In this document: positions 1-18,385 of the stretch, one piece after another
How the letters are laid out: each line of letters opens with the position of its first letter
How positions within the stretch are numbered: the stretch's first letter is position 1
Source of the DNA: Paramecium tetraurelia
Taxonomy: Eukaryota
Direction of reading: 5' to 3'
DNA length: 64,000 bases
Assembly: GCA_000165425.1 (NCBI GenBank)
Contig: CT868012.1
Location: 62,001 to 126,000, forward strand
Program-made: the position numbers and the translations under genes
The notes under the pieces: generated by a model
Told to the model about the DNA's origin: nothing
The model's input: only the letters and a program-made list of their open reading frames with translations
Database searches by the model: none

Positions 1-506
1 AGATTTATCGTAGATTTTAGAGGAGAAAGATGATGAAAATGCACTAAAACGTTAACTTAAGCATTTATTAGAACCGATTAAATACATTGATTGGCTATTG
101 GAAAAAATGCTAACAATCCATTAAGTATTTGATCATAAGCTTAATGAATCCCGTAAATTGACCATGGCTGTCAGGTTTTTAGGTTTTCTACTAATGGTAT
201 GAATAATTCAATTATATTTAGTTCTTTGGGTTAATGTTATTCTTTTCGCCTGTTGTCTATGTAATTTCATGGTTCCCTTTTTTGGGTCGATTCATGGCTG
301 AATTGTCTACCTTATTGTTTGCTCTTGCTAGTTTCTTAATATCCTTACCTTTGACTTTAATAACAATTGCCTTGGCTTGGCTCAGGTTTCATCCAAAACG
401 AGCCCTCCTGATATTTGTAATAGGGTTCCTAATTGGTTTTTGTGTGTGGGTTGTCATTTCCAAAAAAGGTAACCATTAATATTAAGAAGAATATGATAAT
501 TATTGA
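1..506 (+). CDS. 3' end of TMEM43/DUF1625-like multipass membrane protein (5' truncated by window)
   Basis: Reads MAVRFLGFLLM, then a 25-nt GT..AG intron at 197-221, then FFGLMLFFSPVVYVISWFPFLG...LTLITIALAWLRFHP, which resembles the TMEM43 C-terminal TM bundle. Reading TAA as Gln gives TGA at 504-506. Confidence 0.7.
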
Positions 507-1891
507 ATTATTTTTATCACTTTATAATCATATATATATAATTCTGTAAATATCATAAAAAATAATTTATAATCAAGAAATTATGTTAATAATTTAATTT
601 AATTTTTTGCCTCTATCTGGCTCTATTAATGTTATTTGCCAATTAGAATAATATTCCATCGTGAATGTTACTATTTAAATTACATCTAAATTCTCTCAGC
701 TTAATTGTATTAGAATTATGTGTTTCCACTTTATAATTAGATACCTCTCTTTGATCCACTCTATATAAATAAATTCTATTATATATGAGATTAAATATTT
801 GTATAATAATTCATAATAGTGTCAGTATCCTTTAGACTTCACGCTTATAAGGCCCTCTAAGTAAAGTATGTCTTATTCAACCCCTTCTTCCTGTAAGTCT
901 TCGGTGTTAAGGAAGGCTTTCTAAAAACTAAGAGCTCTGTAATAGAAATAAAAGAGTTCCCTCAGTAATTCAGATTGAAACTCATGTTTGAGGGAGGCAA
1001 CTAAGGTTTTCGTGTCTTTTGTTTGAATAGCCTTCACATGTGTTATTACTTCTTGAACCTATTCTAAAGTATATATGCGCTTGACAAAGTAGTAGGCTGC
1101 ATAAAGCATTTGAACTAATCCTGGTGTTTATAAGATGAACTCTTGCATTATTATATTTAAATTAATAAAATAAAGATGAAATGATTTAGAGATGTAAATA
1201 TCTAATTTTTACATTTTTTATAAATGTATTAATACTATATTCTAACTTTCTAAATCAAAATAAATTCATTGTATTTATTCTCCATTTACAAAAATTAGGA
1301 AAGAACGATCAGTATATTTTAATATTTTATTTTTAAATATCAAACATTAACATTAAATTCCAAATAGAAACTCAAATTTGACTCAAGCAACTTCTATCCT
1401 TATGATATCAAATAGAATAATTATTTAATTCATTAAACTATTAAATAGCTTTACTAAACAGAAATTTTCGAGAGGAAATATACTGGATTTAATAATCACT
1501 TCACATATTATATTATATAATAAAATTTGATACTACAACTAATTGTTAGTGTAAATGGCTTAAAGTTAAAGTCAAATAGTAATAGCTTTTTGGATTGATA
1601 TGGTAGCAAGGACTAGGATATAGTAATTTTCATATCTAATATATTTGAAATGTTATTAAAATATTGTGATATAATAATTTGTCTTCTTGGTTTTATGAAT
1701 TTTCAAAGTCATTTTCGAGGTTTTTAAAAATCAGTTTAAAATATTAAACAATTATATTTACAGAAATAAATATATATAGCAATTAAGATACAATTAAAAC
1801 AATTATACTTTTAAAATATTGTGTAAAAATAATTAACTCGAAAGTTTTATGATTATTATTTAATTCCAAAATTTACAGAATTTAAACAGAA

Positions 1892-3058
1892 ATGATTTCA
1901 ATTTTGTTACTGTCAACATTTATTGTCTTTGGAAGAGCATTTGGTGATGTCAGATGCAATCATCAAACATAATTTCCACTACAGAAGGAAGGATTCTCAG
2001 AGGGAGTTCGAGGATAAGATTAAACTTATTATTTACAAACAACTAAGAGAATCCTGAAGACAAACTCTGAATTAGAAACTTTAGCAGTAATCGAAGAAGA
2101 AGATTCCTCGAACTATTAATGCTAAAGAGTCATCAATCACCCAGATGGACAACATGTTTTTTCAGTATGTCTTTAATATGGAGTATACCCATATATTAGT
2201 GCATATAGATGTTAAAACAACGTTTGCCAACAAATAGGTTAGACTCAGGAAATTTGGAATTGTGGAGAGTAGTTCTCAAAGCTGGAAGTGGTAGGAAATA
2301 CACTTGTAGTACTAAATGCTAAAAGAGATTATCCATACAATTCTAATGATATGGGTAGAGTAATGTTTATGAATTATGTCTTAACAGATGATAACTTTTA
2401 CTTGAAATTTCCATCTTACTATTTAGATTATTATTATTTTGGATTGACCTACATTATTGACATTATTGATTTCAGCATTCACTAATATGAGGAGGATGGA
2501 ATTTTGAAAGCAAAAATGTTCTTAGCTGATAGAGACAATGGTTTATTTTGGGTCGATTGTTAATTGAAATAAAACTAACTCATTCCAATTAATAAGGGTA
2601 GGATAGAATTGAGACCTTAAGTGTTTATGAAAAAGAATTAAATATTTATGACTAGTAGAATCATTTCTAAAATTGGCAATTAATTTGATATCTTAGTTGC
2701 ATCTAACAATAACGATCATTACATTGTAACAGTAACTTTTGAGAATGAATAAACTACTAGATTTTATATAAAGACTTCTCTCAATTAATACCTGGATTGG
2801 CCTGCTAATAATAGATTAGATGTATACAAAAATTACTTTGCAATAACCTATTGGTCACCAAATAACATCTCAGCAATAAATATTTATCAGTTGTCAGGAA
2901 ATTCTGAAACTTCATCCTTCTCTGTTGGACCCATACATACAATATTATTAACATAATAGAACTATTCCGTTGTATTCTTTGGAGAGGACGCCAATAAGTA
3001 GATAGTGTTGAATTATAGATCATAAAGTAATGAGATTACATAATGTCAAATAAACTGA
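1892..3058 (+). CDS. Secreted hypothetical protein (~388 aa), beta-strand rich
   Basis: N-terminal signal-like MISILLLSTFIVFGRAFG. Frame is open in code 6 and includes track ORF 2288-2485, ending at TGA 3056-3058. No TM anchor seen. Confidence 0.65.
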
Positions 3059-3425
3059 GCATGAATTATAAAATTATAAAATATAACAAAATGTAAATTA
3101 TTTTGAAATTCTCCCTTATATTTTCTCAGGAATTGAGACATTCTTTTCATTTAATGTAATAATTAAAAACTATTTAATTAACTATTTAATTTATATGTGA
3201 AATTAGATTTATTATAATATTTCCAATTACTAGAGAAACTTCAAAATAAATGAAAATTAATAATCATATAATTATAATCAAAGCTATAACAAGGTAGAGC
3301 TTTATTATAGTAGCCTGATTATTATATTAATAAAAAGTTTTTATGAAGAATGATAATCATTATTCATTCTACACTCAATTAATGTAAACTACAAATCATT
3401 TTTCCCACTTTTAAATTTTTACAAT

Positions 3426-6400
3426 ATGATCACAAATCAACTCCTTTTTTCATGTCTTATGATGATTGTAAACTCGTGCTCTCAACTTTACAACAATACC
3501 ATGTTTCTGACGGGTACCTACAAAGAAGTTATCAATGTTCCACTTTCCTAAATATTTCTAAATTCGGATTATAGAAACCTTACTTTTAAGGAATCAACCA
3601 AAGACTTTATAATTGCGGCTCCAATTTAACTATATTCAGAATTAAGATTTGGTGAGAAAGCCAATTCGTAAACAATTTCTTCAAAGCTCTTTAAATCTAC
3701 CAAAAGCAGAGATCCGATATAACATATGACTGCTTTGGTTCATTAAGGAAACTATTTCCTATATTAAAATGTGGGTATCTACTAAACTCTCCCGTAAATT
3801 CAGCATGTATCTGCATGCAAAGAAAAACAAGCTTCAATTTGTTATGACATTGTTGAATTAAAAACTTTGGTCATCGTAGAATGCTAAGATACTCTCAACA
3901 ATAGTTATTTTAGCATTATGTAGAATGAGAATGTAAAATAACTAGAAGTAGAAAAACCCAATTCTGAATTTCGAAAACTTGATTAAGTTGACTCCTATTT
4001 GATAAGGGGGACTGTTAATAAAATTGATTTATATATTGAAGAACAAGAGACACTAAAATTTTTAAAATCATTAGATGAATTGTAATTGATCGATTTGCTA
4101 TAAAAAGACAATTTCAAATTGTCAATAAGAGATTTCTAAGCACACACCAATGGCTAGATTAGCATAATGAATGCTTTCGGTGAAATAGTTGTAGTTGAAT
4201 ACAAGAACGACAATTGGCAATTAATTAAGACCATTGACACAGAGATGGATGATATTCAAGGGTATGACTATGATATCTATACCGACTCATATGTGATTAT
4301 GAACAAGTCAGAGATAAGATACAAATAGATAGATGAAGAGTGTTAGAAAAAGGAGTATCTGAATTTTAATGAATCCAACAGAATTTACCTTACCAATGGA
4401 AGTGTATTACTTCACTAGAAGCAAGATATTACCTTATTTACTTTAGGATTGGCAAAATTGTAGACCTTAAATTTAGGGAACTAAAGTTATTAAATAATTA
4501 CCAATCCTTACTCCAATGGATTTATTGCTGTTAGTGATAATATGACATATGCTTATTCAAACAATAAGGAGTATTTCTTATAAGTTACATTTAATCAGAT
4601 ATTGGAGTAGAAATATTTGAAAGTTGTGTTAAATTAAGAAGATATCCCGTGGGATTGTGAAATAACAATTTTCTATAAGACTGAGAATATCAATAATGAT
4701 CAAATCATAACATAACAATATTCGCAAGGTTTGATTGCTTCAGGAGTATATTAGGACAAGGCTAAAGTGAAGTTAAGGCCTGTGTTTTAGGGATCCAATT
4801 TGCAATACAATTTCCAACCTAATTCAATCATTTCCATAACAGTTAATCAATTTAAGTATGCATTCTTGAAGAATGTAACAGAATCCAGGTATATTATTTA
4901 CAGAGAGATATTATAAAGAAGATATTAACCGAAATTATATTTAGTGGAATAAGATTCAAATCTTTAACTAATTGGTTATTCATGCACTAACTTTGCACCA
5001 ATTCACCTTAATTGTCACATTCTTTTTACAAAGCCAGAATTTATCAAATTGTCTGCAACCCAGAATTAGCTTTGGTGGTACAATGAAGATTCTCTGTTCT
5101 TTGCTGTTTTTGGAGACTCAACTATAATAATATACACTTACATATACAAAGACAAAAAGCTTGCTGTTCTAACTGCAATTGTCTTGGAGAGTGATATAAA
5201 ATAGATTGCCACAGATGGCTATCACTTATTTGCGTCAACTGCATAGGATGTTAAGATCTACTCCATAACTGTTGCTGGAAAAGAGAAACTCTTGTAAACC
5301 ATAGAAGTTCAAGTTGACAAACTATATGCATCAGAGGCTTAAAAAAACTACATGTTTTTGGAAGTAGCTAGAACGTTGTACATTTATAACATAGCATACA
5401 ACAAGGAAACACTAATTTAGTTTATAGAAATTGAAAATGATTACGAAGATACTAATTTAGCTATTTTTGACGATTACTTTGTTAGGTTTGGTAAGATCAA
5501 GGACAAAGAGGAATATGATGTAAAGATGTACAATTATAAAAATCAGAAGAACATTTATCTATAGAAATAGATAGGAATTAATGGCTATTCGAAAATTAAT
5601 CTCAATAATATGAAGTATTCATTCATCAATAATTTGTTTTACCTTATTGGTTGGAACACAAAGCGATAAAAACATGTAGTCTTAATCTATTCAACCAAAT
5701 CAAGTAGTTTAGATTCTCTCTTCAGCGTAATTGATGTAACATTTATGGCCTAGATTTCAGCAACTGGAGAATATATCTTTATCACAGATAAAGGAAACAA
5801 TTAGTAGAATTTATAAATATTGTACATTAAAGGATAGTTATTCGTAAGCGCTAAAATAAATGAAAATTATCAATAGGTTGAGTATTCAAAATAGATAAAC
5901 TTAAGTCTCATAATAAATAATGATTCATCTAATAAATTAATCACAACAATTCCAGTAAATATAGTAAACAGAGGAGTCAAATTATTTTAAATTAATGACT
6001 CATTTAATCTAACTTATAAGTCAAGTAGTGATGAAAAACATTGCGTGGACTTAGGACAATCTTGGTACAGTGGTCAAGCCTTGGATTTAGAATTAGCAGA
6101 ACCATCGAAGAATGTTTAATTCAATCCAGTGTTGACTAAATAGAAGGAAACCTTGGAGTTTAGCGTATATATAAGAGAGTTCGATGATGATACATTAGTT
6201 TAAATGATGGGTAACAAGCTTAAGTTTCTAAGGAAGGCAGATCTCTCTGTCACAGAAGAATTTTAATTGGATTAAATGTACACATTTCATAAAATGTTCT
6301 TAATTGATGGACATAATATCTATATTTAAGTTATTACAGATGATACTATCGAATTGAGAATAGTTTAATGTCAAAAATACAAGTGTGCTTTGTTGGAGAA

Positions 6401-7448
6401 TAGGCTTGAATTTAAATCAATGATAAAGAATGTATATCTGCATATGAACTATTTCTTTGTTTATATTGAAAGTTTAGTGGAGGTTTATGACACCAAAGGA
6501 GCTGCAGTTATGTTAGAATCTTTTGAATAGATCCAGAAATTCTAATAGAACCCTGATTTGATTTAAATGGAATTTAGACATTTATAGAAGGATATATATT
6601 AATTTATTTCCGTGGATTATCAGGGTAATCCGGAATTACAAACAAGGCAAATATCTAGAACATCTACAATATCTAATTATAATACTACAAATATATAGAT
6701 TAAGCCAATAATCGCTGAATATAATATCAATGTGTAATAGCAACAATTCTCTGATGGGTTTGTGTTATGGAAAGATGAAATAATCATAATATTTAAGAAC
6801 AGCGCATCGTATTCTTTTAAATTCCAAAATGATTGCTAAAACAAAGAATTATGTGAGATTAGTAAATTTTAATTAAACGGAGTATATCAATAATATGGAG
6901 ATTGGTATTTGCTTGGGATATTCCAAATCTTTTTTGTAAGCCAGAATTTCTTGCATTTGATCTATTTTTAGGCTGATCAAAGTTTGCTTTTAATTTACGA
7001 CCTTTCAACGCCAAGCAGCAATTCCAAACCTAACAATGCGATAGTTGGAATAACATCTCCATAAAAAATAGGTGCTCCGATCTATTAGATTACGTCGTTC
7101 GTGTATAGTAGTGATGAGAAGTTGCATTTGCTGACATCAATTGAAGATAAAGATTAACTCTAACATTACACAATCTAAAGATCCCCTTAATTATGCATCG
7201 ATGAGGACTTCTTTTAAGATAATGTGAAATTTAAATTGTCAAATCTAGATTACTAAATGTATTTAGATGAGAAGGTGAAGATATAGGAATACATGTTACC
7301 AATTCCAAAAGAAGACAGTTTTCCAGCCTGGGCAATAGTGTTGATTGTTCTAGGGACTGTGAGTGTTCTTGGATTTGGGTTATTCATGTATCGCCAAGGT
7401 AAGAGAAATAGAATAAAGGATCAAAGGGTTTTGTTGAATTAAGTTTGA
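3426..7448 (+). CDS. Large type-I membrane protein (~1340 aa), unknown function
   Basis: Signal-like MITNQLLFSCLMMIVNSC. The 4023-nt span is divisible by 3. C-terminal TM FPAWAIVLIVLGTVSVLGFGLFMY, short basic tail, then TGA. Confidence 0.8.
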
Positions 7449-7500
7449 TTTAAATTAATTGTTATATTTATTTATAATTAATTTTGAGATGTAATAATTA

Positions 7501-9693
7501 ATGCTATAAAAATAAAAGTAAGAAGAATTTAATAACAAGTTTTTTGGGAGAGCCAAAAAAGGAATGCTAAAGAGATTCTTTTTTTATGATCGGACTCTAA
7601 ATTATGTAGAAACTCCAATCTTCACAGAATTCAGTGGAAGAAAGTAAATAGTTCCCATGAGGAATACGTAATGTTTAAAACCGACCTGCATTTACGATCT
7701 TCAAGAACTCTATGAACGATATGAGAAATAGAATTATTCAAGTTATGCAAACTTTATGTGTCACACTTGTAGAAAGATGATCGACTTATAGGGTTTTTAT
7801 ATGGATGAAGATATGAGGAAGATTAATGAAGTTATCTGGAACACTTACAACAAATTCAGTATACAATGTTCGAAGGCAGCCATCTTCAAAGATGGTTCAT
7901 GGGAAGCTGTCCTACCAGAGTATTTGAAAAGGATGTATCGTAAAAATGTGGAGGATTACGATGCGAAATAGAATGATGATGATTTGATAGATTAACCTGA
8001 CGAGATACTCAAGTTTGAATTGCCATTGTTGCACGAATTCGATGTTCAGGAATATGCCGAGTTATTGGAACAAGAAGACGAAGGAGATGAGAGACATCAT
8101 GACAGTGACATCTTATTGAGACGCTACAACTTACAAGTAAAGTGGGGAGAATTTACATAATTCAAGAACCAAGTAGCAGTTTCAATTAATGTTATGGGAA
8201 TCTTTATGCGTTATTTACATGATTATCTTGAGGACAGGAAAAACACGTTTAAAATGCAAGCCAAACTCAAATTAGGTGTCTTATGCATTAAAGTTGTAAA
8301 TTATGATCGTTTCTCTAAAAGAGCTGAATTCTTCTTTCTCTCTGACAACTTGGAGGGTCCAAAAGCAAATTACACTGAATATGAGTAGGTTATTATGGCA
8401 ATATACTATGATGAGAGATGGATTGCCTTGATTTGTGACATTGAAGCAAGGAGATTGAAAATGATTGATTTTCTTGAAGAAACCATAGCTCGCACCACCC
8501 TAGATGAAGTCTATGAATTAGGGCAATACTTGATTTCTCAGATCTTTCAGCCTTACAAATTTGCCAAGAACCCCTCAAGAGAGTTGCTTATTGGTTAGAT
8601 TCAAGAGGATATGAGGAATGAAATTCCTAGAAAAATATAATTGTATTGTGATTGTGGTCATCATATTGCATAATATTTCTATTATTACATTTTGGAAGAG
8701 ATAGAATTAATGAAGATTCAACAGAAATGGCCTCAAGATGTAGGACTTAAATAGAAGATCCATAATGTTAAATATAAATTGGGGGAATAGGATTATTTCA
8801 CTGCTAAAATATGTTGGGTTCTACTCAAAATGGCATAAAATACTGGTTTTAAAATACTTGTATATGATATGAAACCGAAGGAGAAAATAGAAAAGGACAC
8901 TCTTGATGATTTTGTAATTGAATAAGCCAGGTTGAAAGCTGAGAAACTTTGGGAGGATAATAAATAACAAAAGCAAACTACATTTTAAGTTGTTCATGGT
9001 TTTAACCAAGTTGAAGAAGTTGTGATATCGAAGAGTAATGATAAGTAAAATGATCAGAAGTAAAATAAACAAAAAAGTAGAGTTGAAAAATATTGGGGAG
9101 TGGAAAGTGGAATTTAATTCAATAATTAAAGAAATTTATAACCTAATAATGCATAATAATAATAAAAGGATAATTCTTTGTTGAGTAATTTGAGCTTTTA
9201 GTTTGGTAATTAAGATAAACCAATAGTGAGACATTAATCATAGCTGAAAGATGACTCTAAATCAATATATGATGTTCTAGGAGAAATGAATGGAAACAAT
9301 AATAATAATAATAATTAAAAGAAAGAAGTGTAGAACTAAAAAAAAGAAAAACCTTTTTTAGTTATGCCTAAAGCATAATTACAATAATATTTATCTGATT
9401 ATAAGCAATAAATCATTACAGAATATAAGTAATAAGCCTTATTGAAAGGATATAAATAACAAATGATTGGAGAATTCAATGTAAGCGGTAAGAAAAAGCA
9501 GGCAGAATACGATTCCAAGCAATTGACTGAGAGCCAATACCATCGATTGTTATTGAATTTGGACAAGAGCTTGAATCAAAGTGAATAGAGGGAATTGAAG
9601 CAGCTACAATCTGAGTTGGGTTTGAACGAACAAGATTTGGCCAATTTGGATGCTTATCAATATGATCAAATACTTGACATGATGAATTAATGA
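7501..9693 (+). CDS. ~730-aa protein: degenerate SP-RING/MIZ-like finger + degenerate Ulp1/SENP (C48)-like domain + Q/N/E-rich tail
   Basis: Single frame containing track ORFs 8194 and 8395. N-terminus has IVPMRNTQCLKPTCIYDL...FMCHTCRK..FYMD; the middle has IMAIYYDERWIALICD..LKMIDFL...QLYCDCGHHIAQF. TGA at 9691-9693. Confidence 0.7.
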
Positions 9694-9720
9694 TTATAAA
9701 TAATTAACAAGCAAGAGCTA

Positions 9721-11718
9721 TCATAATAATAAATCAATTTGTTAAGCTAATTACGATGCGTACAGTTCTGGGTGGGCAGTGGTTTCGTTATTGGAAATCC
9801 AGAACTAATCTAAAATACCTCCTAGACTCGCAACCACATATCCATTGCGAGTCTTGTACATATTTGGAGGCATCTTAATTCCCTCTTCGGCCTCCAAATA
9901 GATCACGGAGAAGGAGTATCCCCACAAAAACTGATCTCTAAGGATCATCAGGTCCTGATTGAGGGTGTTGAGAAATTCTTGTTTCACCTTGGGATTCATC
10001 TTCATCTTGGCATAGGTGTCACTTCCCCCCTTGATTTCCTCGTCGACTTGGCCCACCTAATAGGTGAAGAACCCTTAGATTTTGAAGCCTTACTGCTCCA
10101 AGACGATGGAATTGAGGAGATTCCTCTAGATTAGAGTTGAGAACTGATTATCCTCATTCACGATTGAGTAGAGTCCAATCATGGGGGGGATGAATGATCT
10201 CTAGGCAGAAATGCTTAAGTTGTAAATAGCTGACAGTAAATGCCTTGTCAAATATCTCTTGGCTTAATTATTAATAATGGAGATAAGTACTTCTCCGTCG
10301 TATGTGGTTAGGGTATTAGTTTATGATTTCAGTTTAGAGTTTTGCAGTTATTCTACAAAATGTTTATTAAATTGTTCATCAAATGATGTAATAAATTATT
10401 CGATTGAGTGTATTTAAATGAAAACGGATTCTGCATAACTGGTGCATACAATTTCTGGGACATTTAAGTCGGAATCGCAATCGAAATAGATGATCTTCTA
10501 TCTCATGTGTTTCATGTGATAATGTGATAAATTCGTAATCGTAATGGGTATTATTTAACTGGTGTTCATTTCTCTGATTATTTTGAATATAAAGAGGAAT
10601 TCATTGAATTTCAACTTAATCTGATTATTTTCCATCTGAGATGTCAGTTTTGCAACCCTTATTATAAATGTAATTTATTACAATTCTTCATTGTCCAAAC
10701 AGGTCTTCCGATAGGCTACACTGTTGTCTCTCGTCGTTCCTTGCAGGTAAGAGAGATAATGTGTTTTAATAATCAAGGAATCTGAACTCAAATTCGAAAT
10801 GGAGTTGCTCAAGGCTCTCGCTTCCATTTTGGGTAAGGAAAGTTCGACAATTCCAGATTTTTATTTTTGCAGTTTCCGAGTCAAATAATCCTGAATTGTT
10901 GGTTCTTGAGATCTGATCGAACTCAAACACACTCCTCCTAATGACATAGGGATTGCTAACACATAGAAAGCAACATTGTAGGTTTCTGTATCGCTATCTG
11001 CAAGAGAAATGATTGTCAAGATCAATACCTATAATAATCAACAGGAGATTGATACCGGTAGTATTCTAATGATGAGGAAAGTTATGATGTAAATCAAATT
11101 CACTTTGTACTTTTTGTCTTAGATCCGTGAAGTCAAGTCTTTGCCTAGTACTTTTCTTAGTCCATGAATTTATGTACAAGTCCAAACTAATATAATGAAG
11201 GTGATGGATGTGAGTATTAACAAAAATGCTGCGAACAGATTTTCAGGAAGTAAGGAACACATGCCTATTTTGTTGAATCCTATGGCATCGAATAAGAATG
11301 CCAATAGAGCAAAAAATGTGGAACCTGACACAACAGCCAAATGTCGCAATTTGTAATTCTTGCTGAATTTCGAACTCAATATGCCCAAGGATTCGAAGGA
11401 GTAAAGGTTGATATTTGTAAAATATGCGAATGATGTGAATACATTAAGTATGCCAATTGCTATGCAACCTTTGCCTTAATTGTCCACATAAAATGTTGTC
11501 TCATAAGTATCATGTGCGTCGAAATAAAATTGTGAAAGTATTAAGAAAAAGGAGAACATGCATTCTAAAATGAGAACAATTTGAATCGTGTGACCTTGTC
11601 TTTCATGAAGCTGTTTTATTCTGCATATAAACAGCAGAATTAGGATGGTGAGTATAAAGGACAAGGAGTTGAGTAGTATTACAAATATTCTAAAGGTGGA
11701 ATCCTCGTCTTTTATCAT
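9721..11718 (-). CDS. 7TM GPCR fused to C-terminal PIP5K-like domain (GPCR-PIPK), ~656 aa
   Basis: Track ORFs 11476-11718, 11170-11388 and 9805-10056 join in one frame in code 6, with a 27-nt intron at 11029-11055. Multiple TM helices with conserved Cys positions are followed by PIPK-like TYDGEVLIS, SFIPPMIGLYSI, LNQDLMIL..WGYSF, LGGILD and HPELY. Confidence 0.8.
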
Positions 11719-11740
11719 TAAATTAAAATATATGAATATC

Positions 11741-15769
<4,029 letters not shown>

Positions 15770-16393
15770 AATATTATATGCGTTTAATTTTCACTTTTTG
15801 ACCTTTCTAAGTATCATCTCTATTAGCTTCACTCAAGGTAGGAAAGGTTGGCATCAACGCTCGATTCTGAGTTATGATTACTAAGTAAACAGGTGTGTTT
15901 CAAGGAATCTGGAGCGTCTATTTCTTTTTAGACATTATAGATTAAAATTTTATCCAGAAGATACTAAGCTAATTCTTAGAGTTAAAATTATTTTGAATTA
16001 TCCTAAAAATTGATATATCATTATATATTGATATATTTTCTAAGGATGAATTAATGAAATAGTTTTGTTTTAATTTGAATCTGGACAAAAGTGGTACCAA
16101 GAGTCTAAAATTATATTCCAATTAATTGTTTAATTTCTTTTGGATGGATAAATAGCTACTTTTCTCATCTACAAGCAGCTGACTAAAGTCTATTTTATAA
16201 CTGTCTTTTGAAGTGGAGAGCAAAAATATGTAATATGATAACACTTTTTATTTGTGAGTATATTGCTAACCTCTAGATCCATTCTGTAAATATGATATCT
16301 CTAAATATCCTTTACTATAATATTTTTAGATCGTGAAAATATCAAATATATAAGTGTGTTATTAATATAATAATTATTTTATCAATAAATATT

Positions 16394-17945
<1,552 letters not shown>

Positions 17946-17968
17946 ATAATATATTAGTATGTATAATC

Positions 17969-18385
17969 TCATTTTTAGTAGTCATAAGCGATTGTGATGT
18001 AAAGCCACCCATCCTTCTCGGCCTTCTTTTAATATATTTCATTCAAAGGCACATCGACTTTGAATAAAGCATAACACATACATTTGATGATTATGAAATC
18101 ACTAACCACCAGAGCGATGTTGTCCTTGTATTGAGCAATGTTGGCGAATCTATTCTGAAGCATCTTCCTTAAAAAGTCTCTTAAATGTCCTACCAAGATC
18201 TCCTGATGCAAGTACATCTTGAACCACATCTAACATCCCCCTGTGATCAAAGCCTCTATCTGTATTATCAAGGGCAAGAACCCAGGATGATTACATCGTA
18301 ACACCTGGTACTCAGCGAACTTCTCGCCGAATGTTATTTTCTGCAGAGTGCTTATTGGCTCCACTATCGTATTCAAGTCATCCAT
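17969..18385 (-). CDS. Divergent Atg8/LC3/GABARAP-family ubiquitin-like protein lacking C-terminal Gly
   Basis: FGEKFAEYQVLRCNHPGFLPLII...ILVGHLRDFLRKML...LNEIYQKKAEKDGWLYITIAYDYQK* aligns by eye with the Atg8 consensus. Possible 24-nt intron at 18058-18081. Confidence 0.75.

Noticed and set aside
570..1148. Minus-strand ORF starting MQEFILQTPGLVQMLYAAYY
   Set aside because: All three frames close around 810-845 and no motif is recognisable. It may be a small gene or remnant, but I cannot support a model.
8900..9460. TAA/AAT-rich low-complexity repeats
   Set aside because: These are Gln/Asn/Glu-rich coding sequence in code 6, not a repeat array or CRISPR.
15770..16393. Longer spacer with a more GC-rich patch, possible ncRNA or remnant
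   Set aside because: No recognisable RNA motif, convincing hairpin or ORF.
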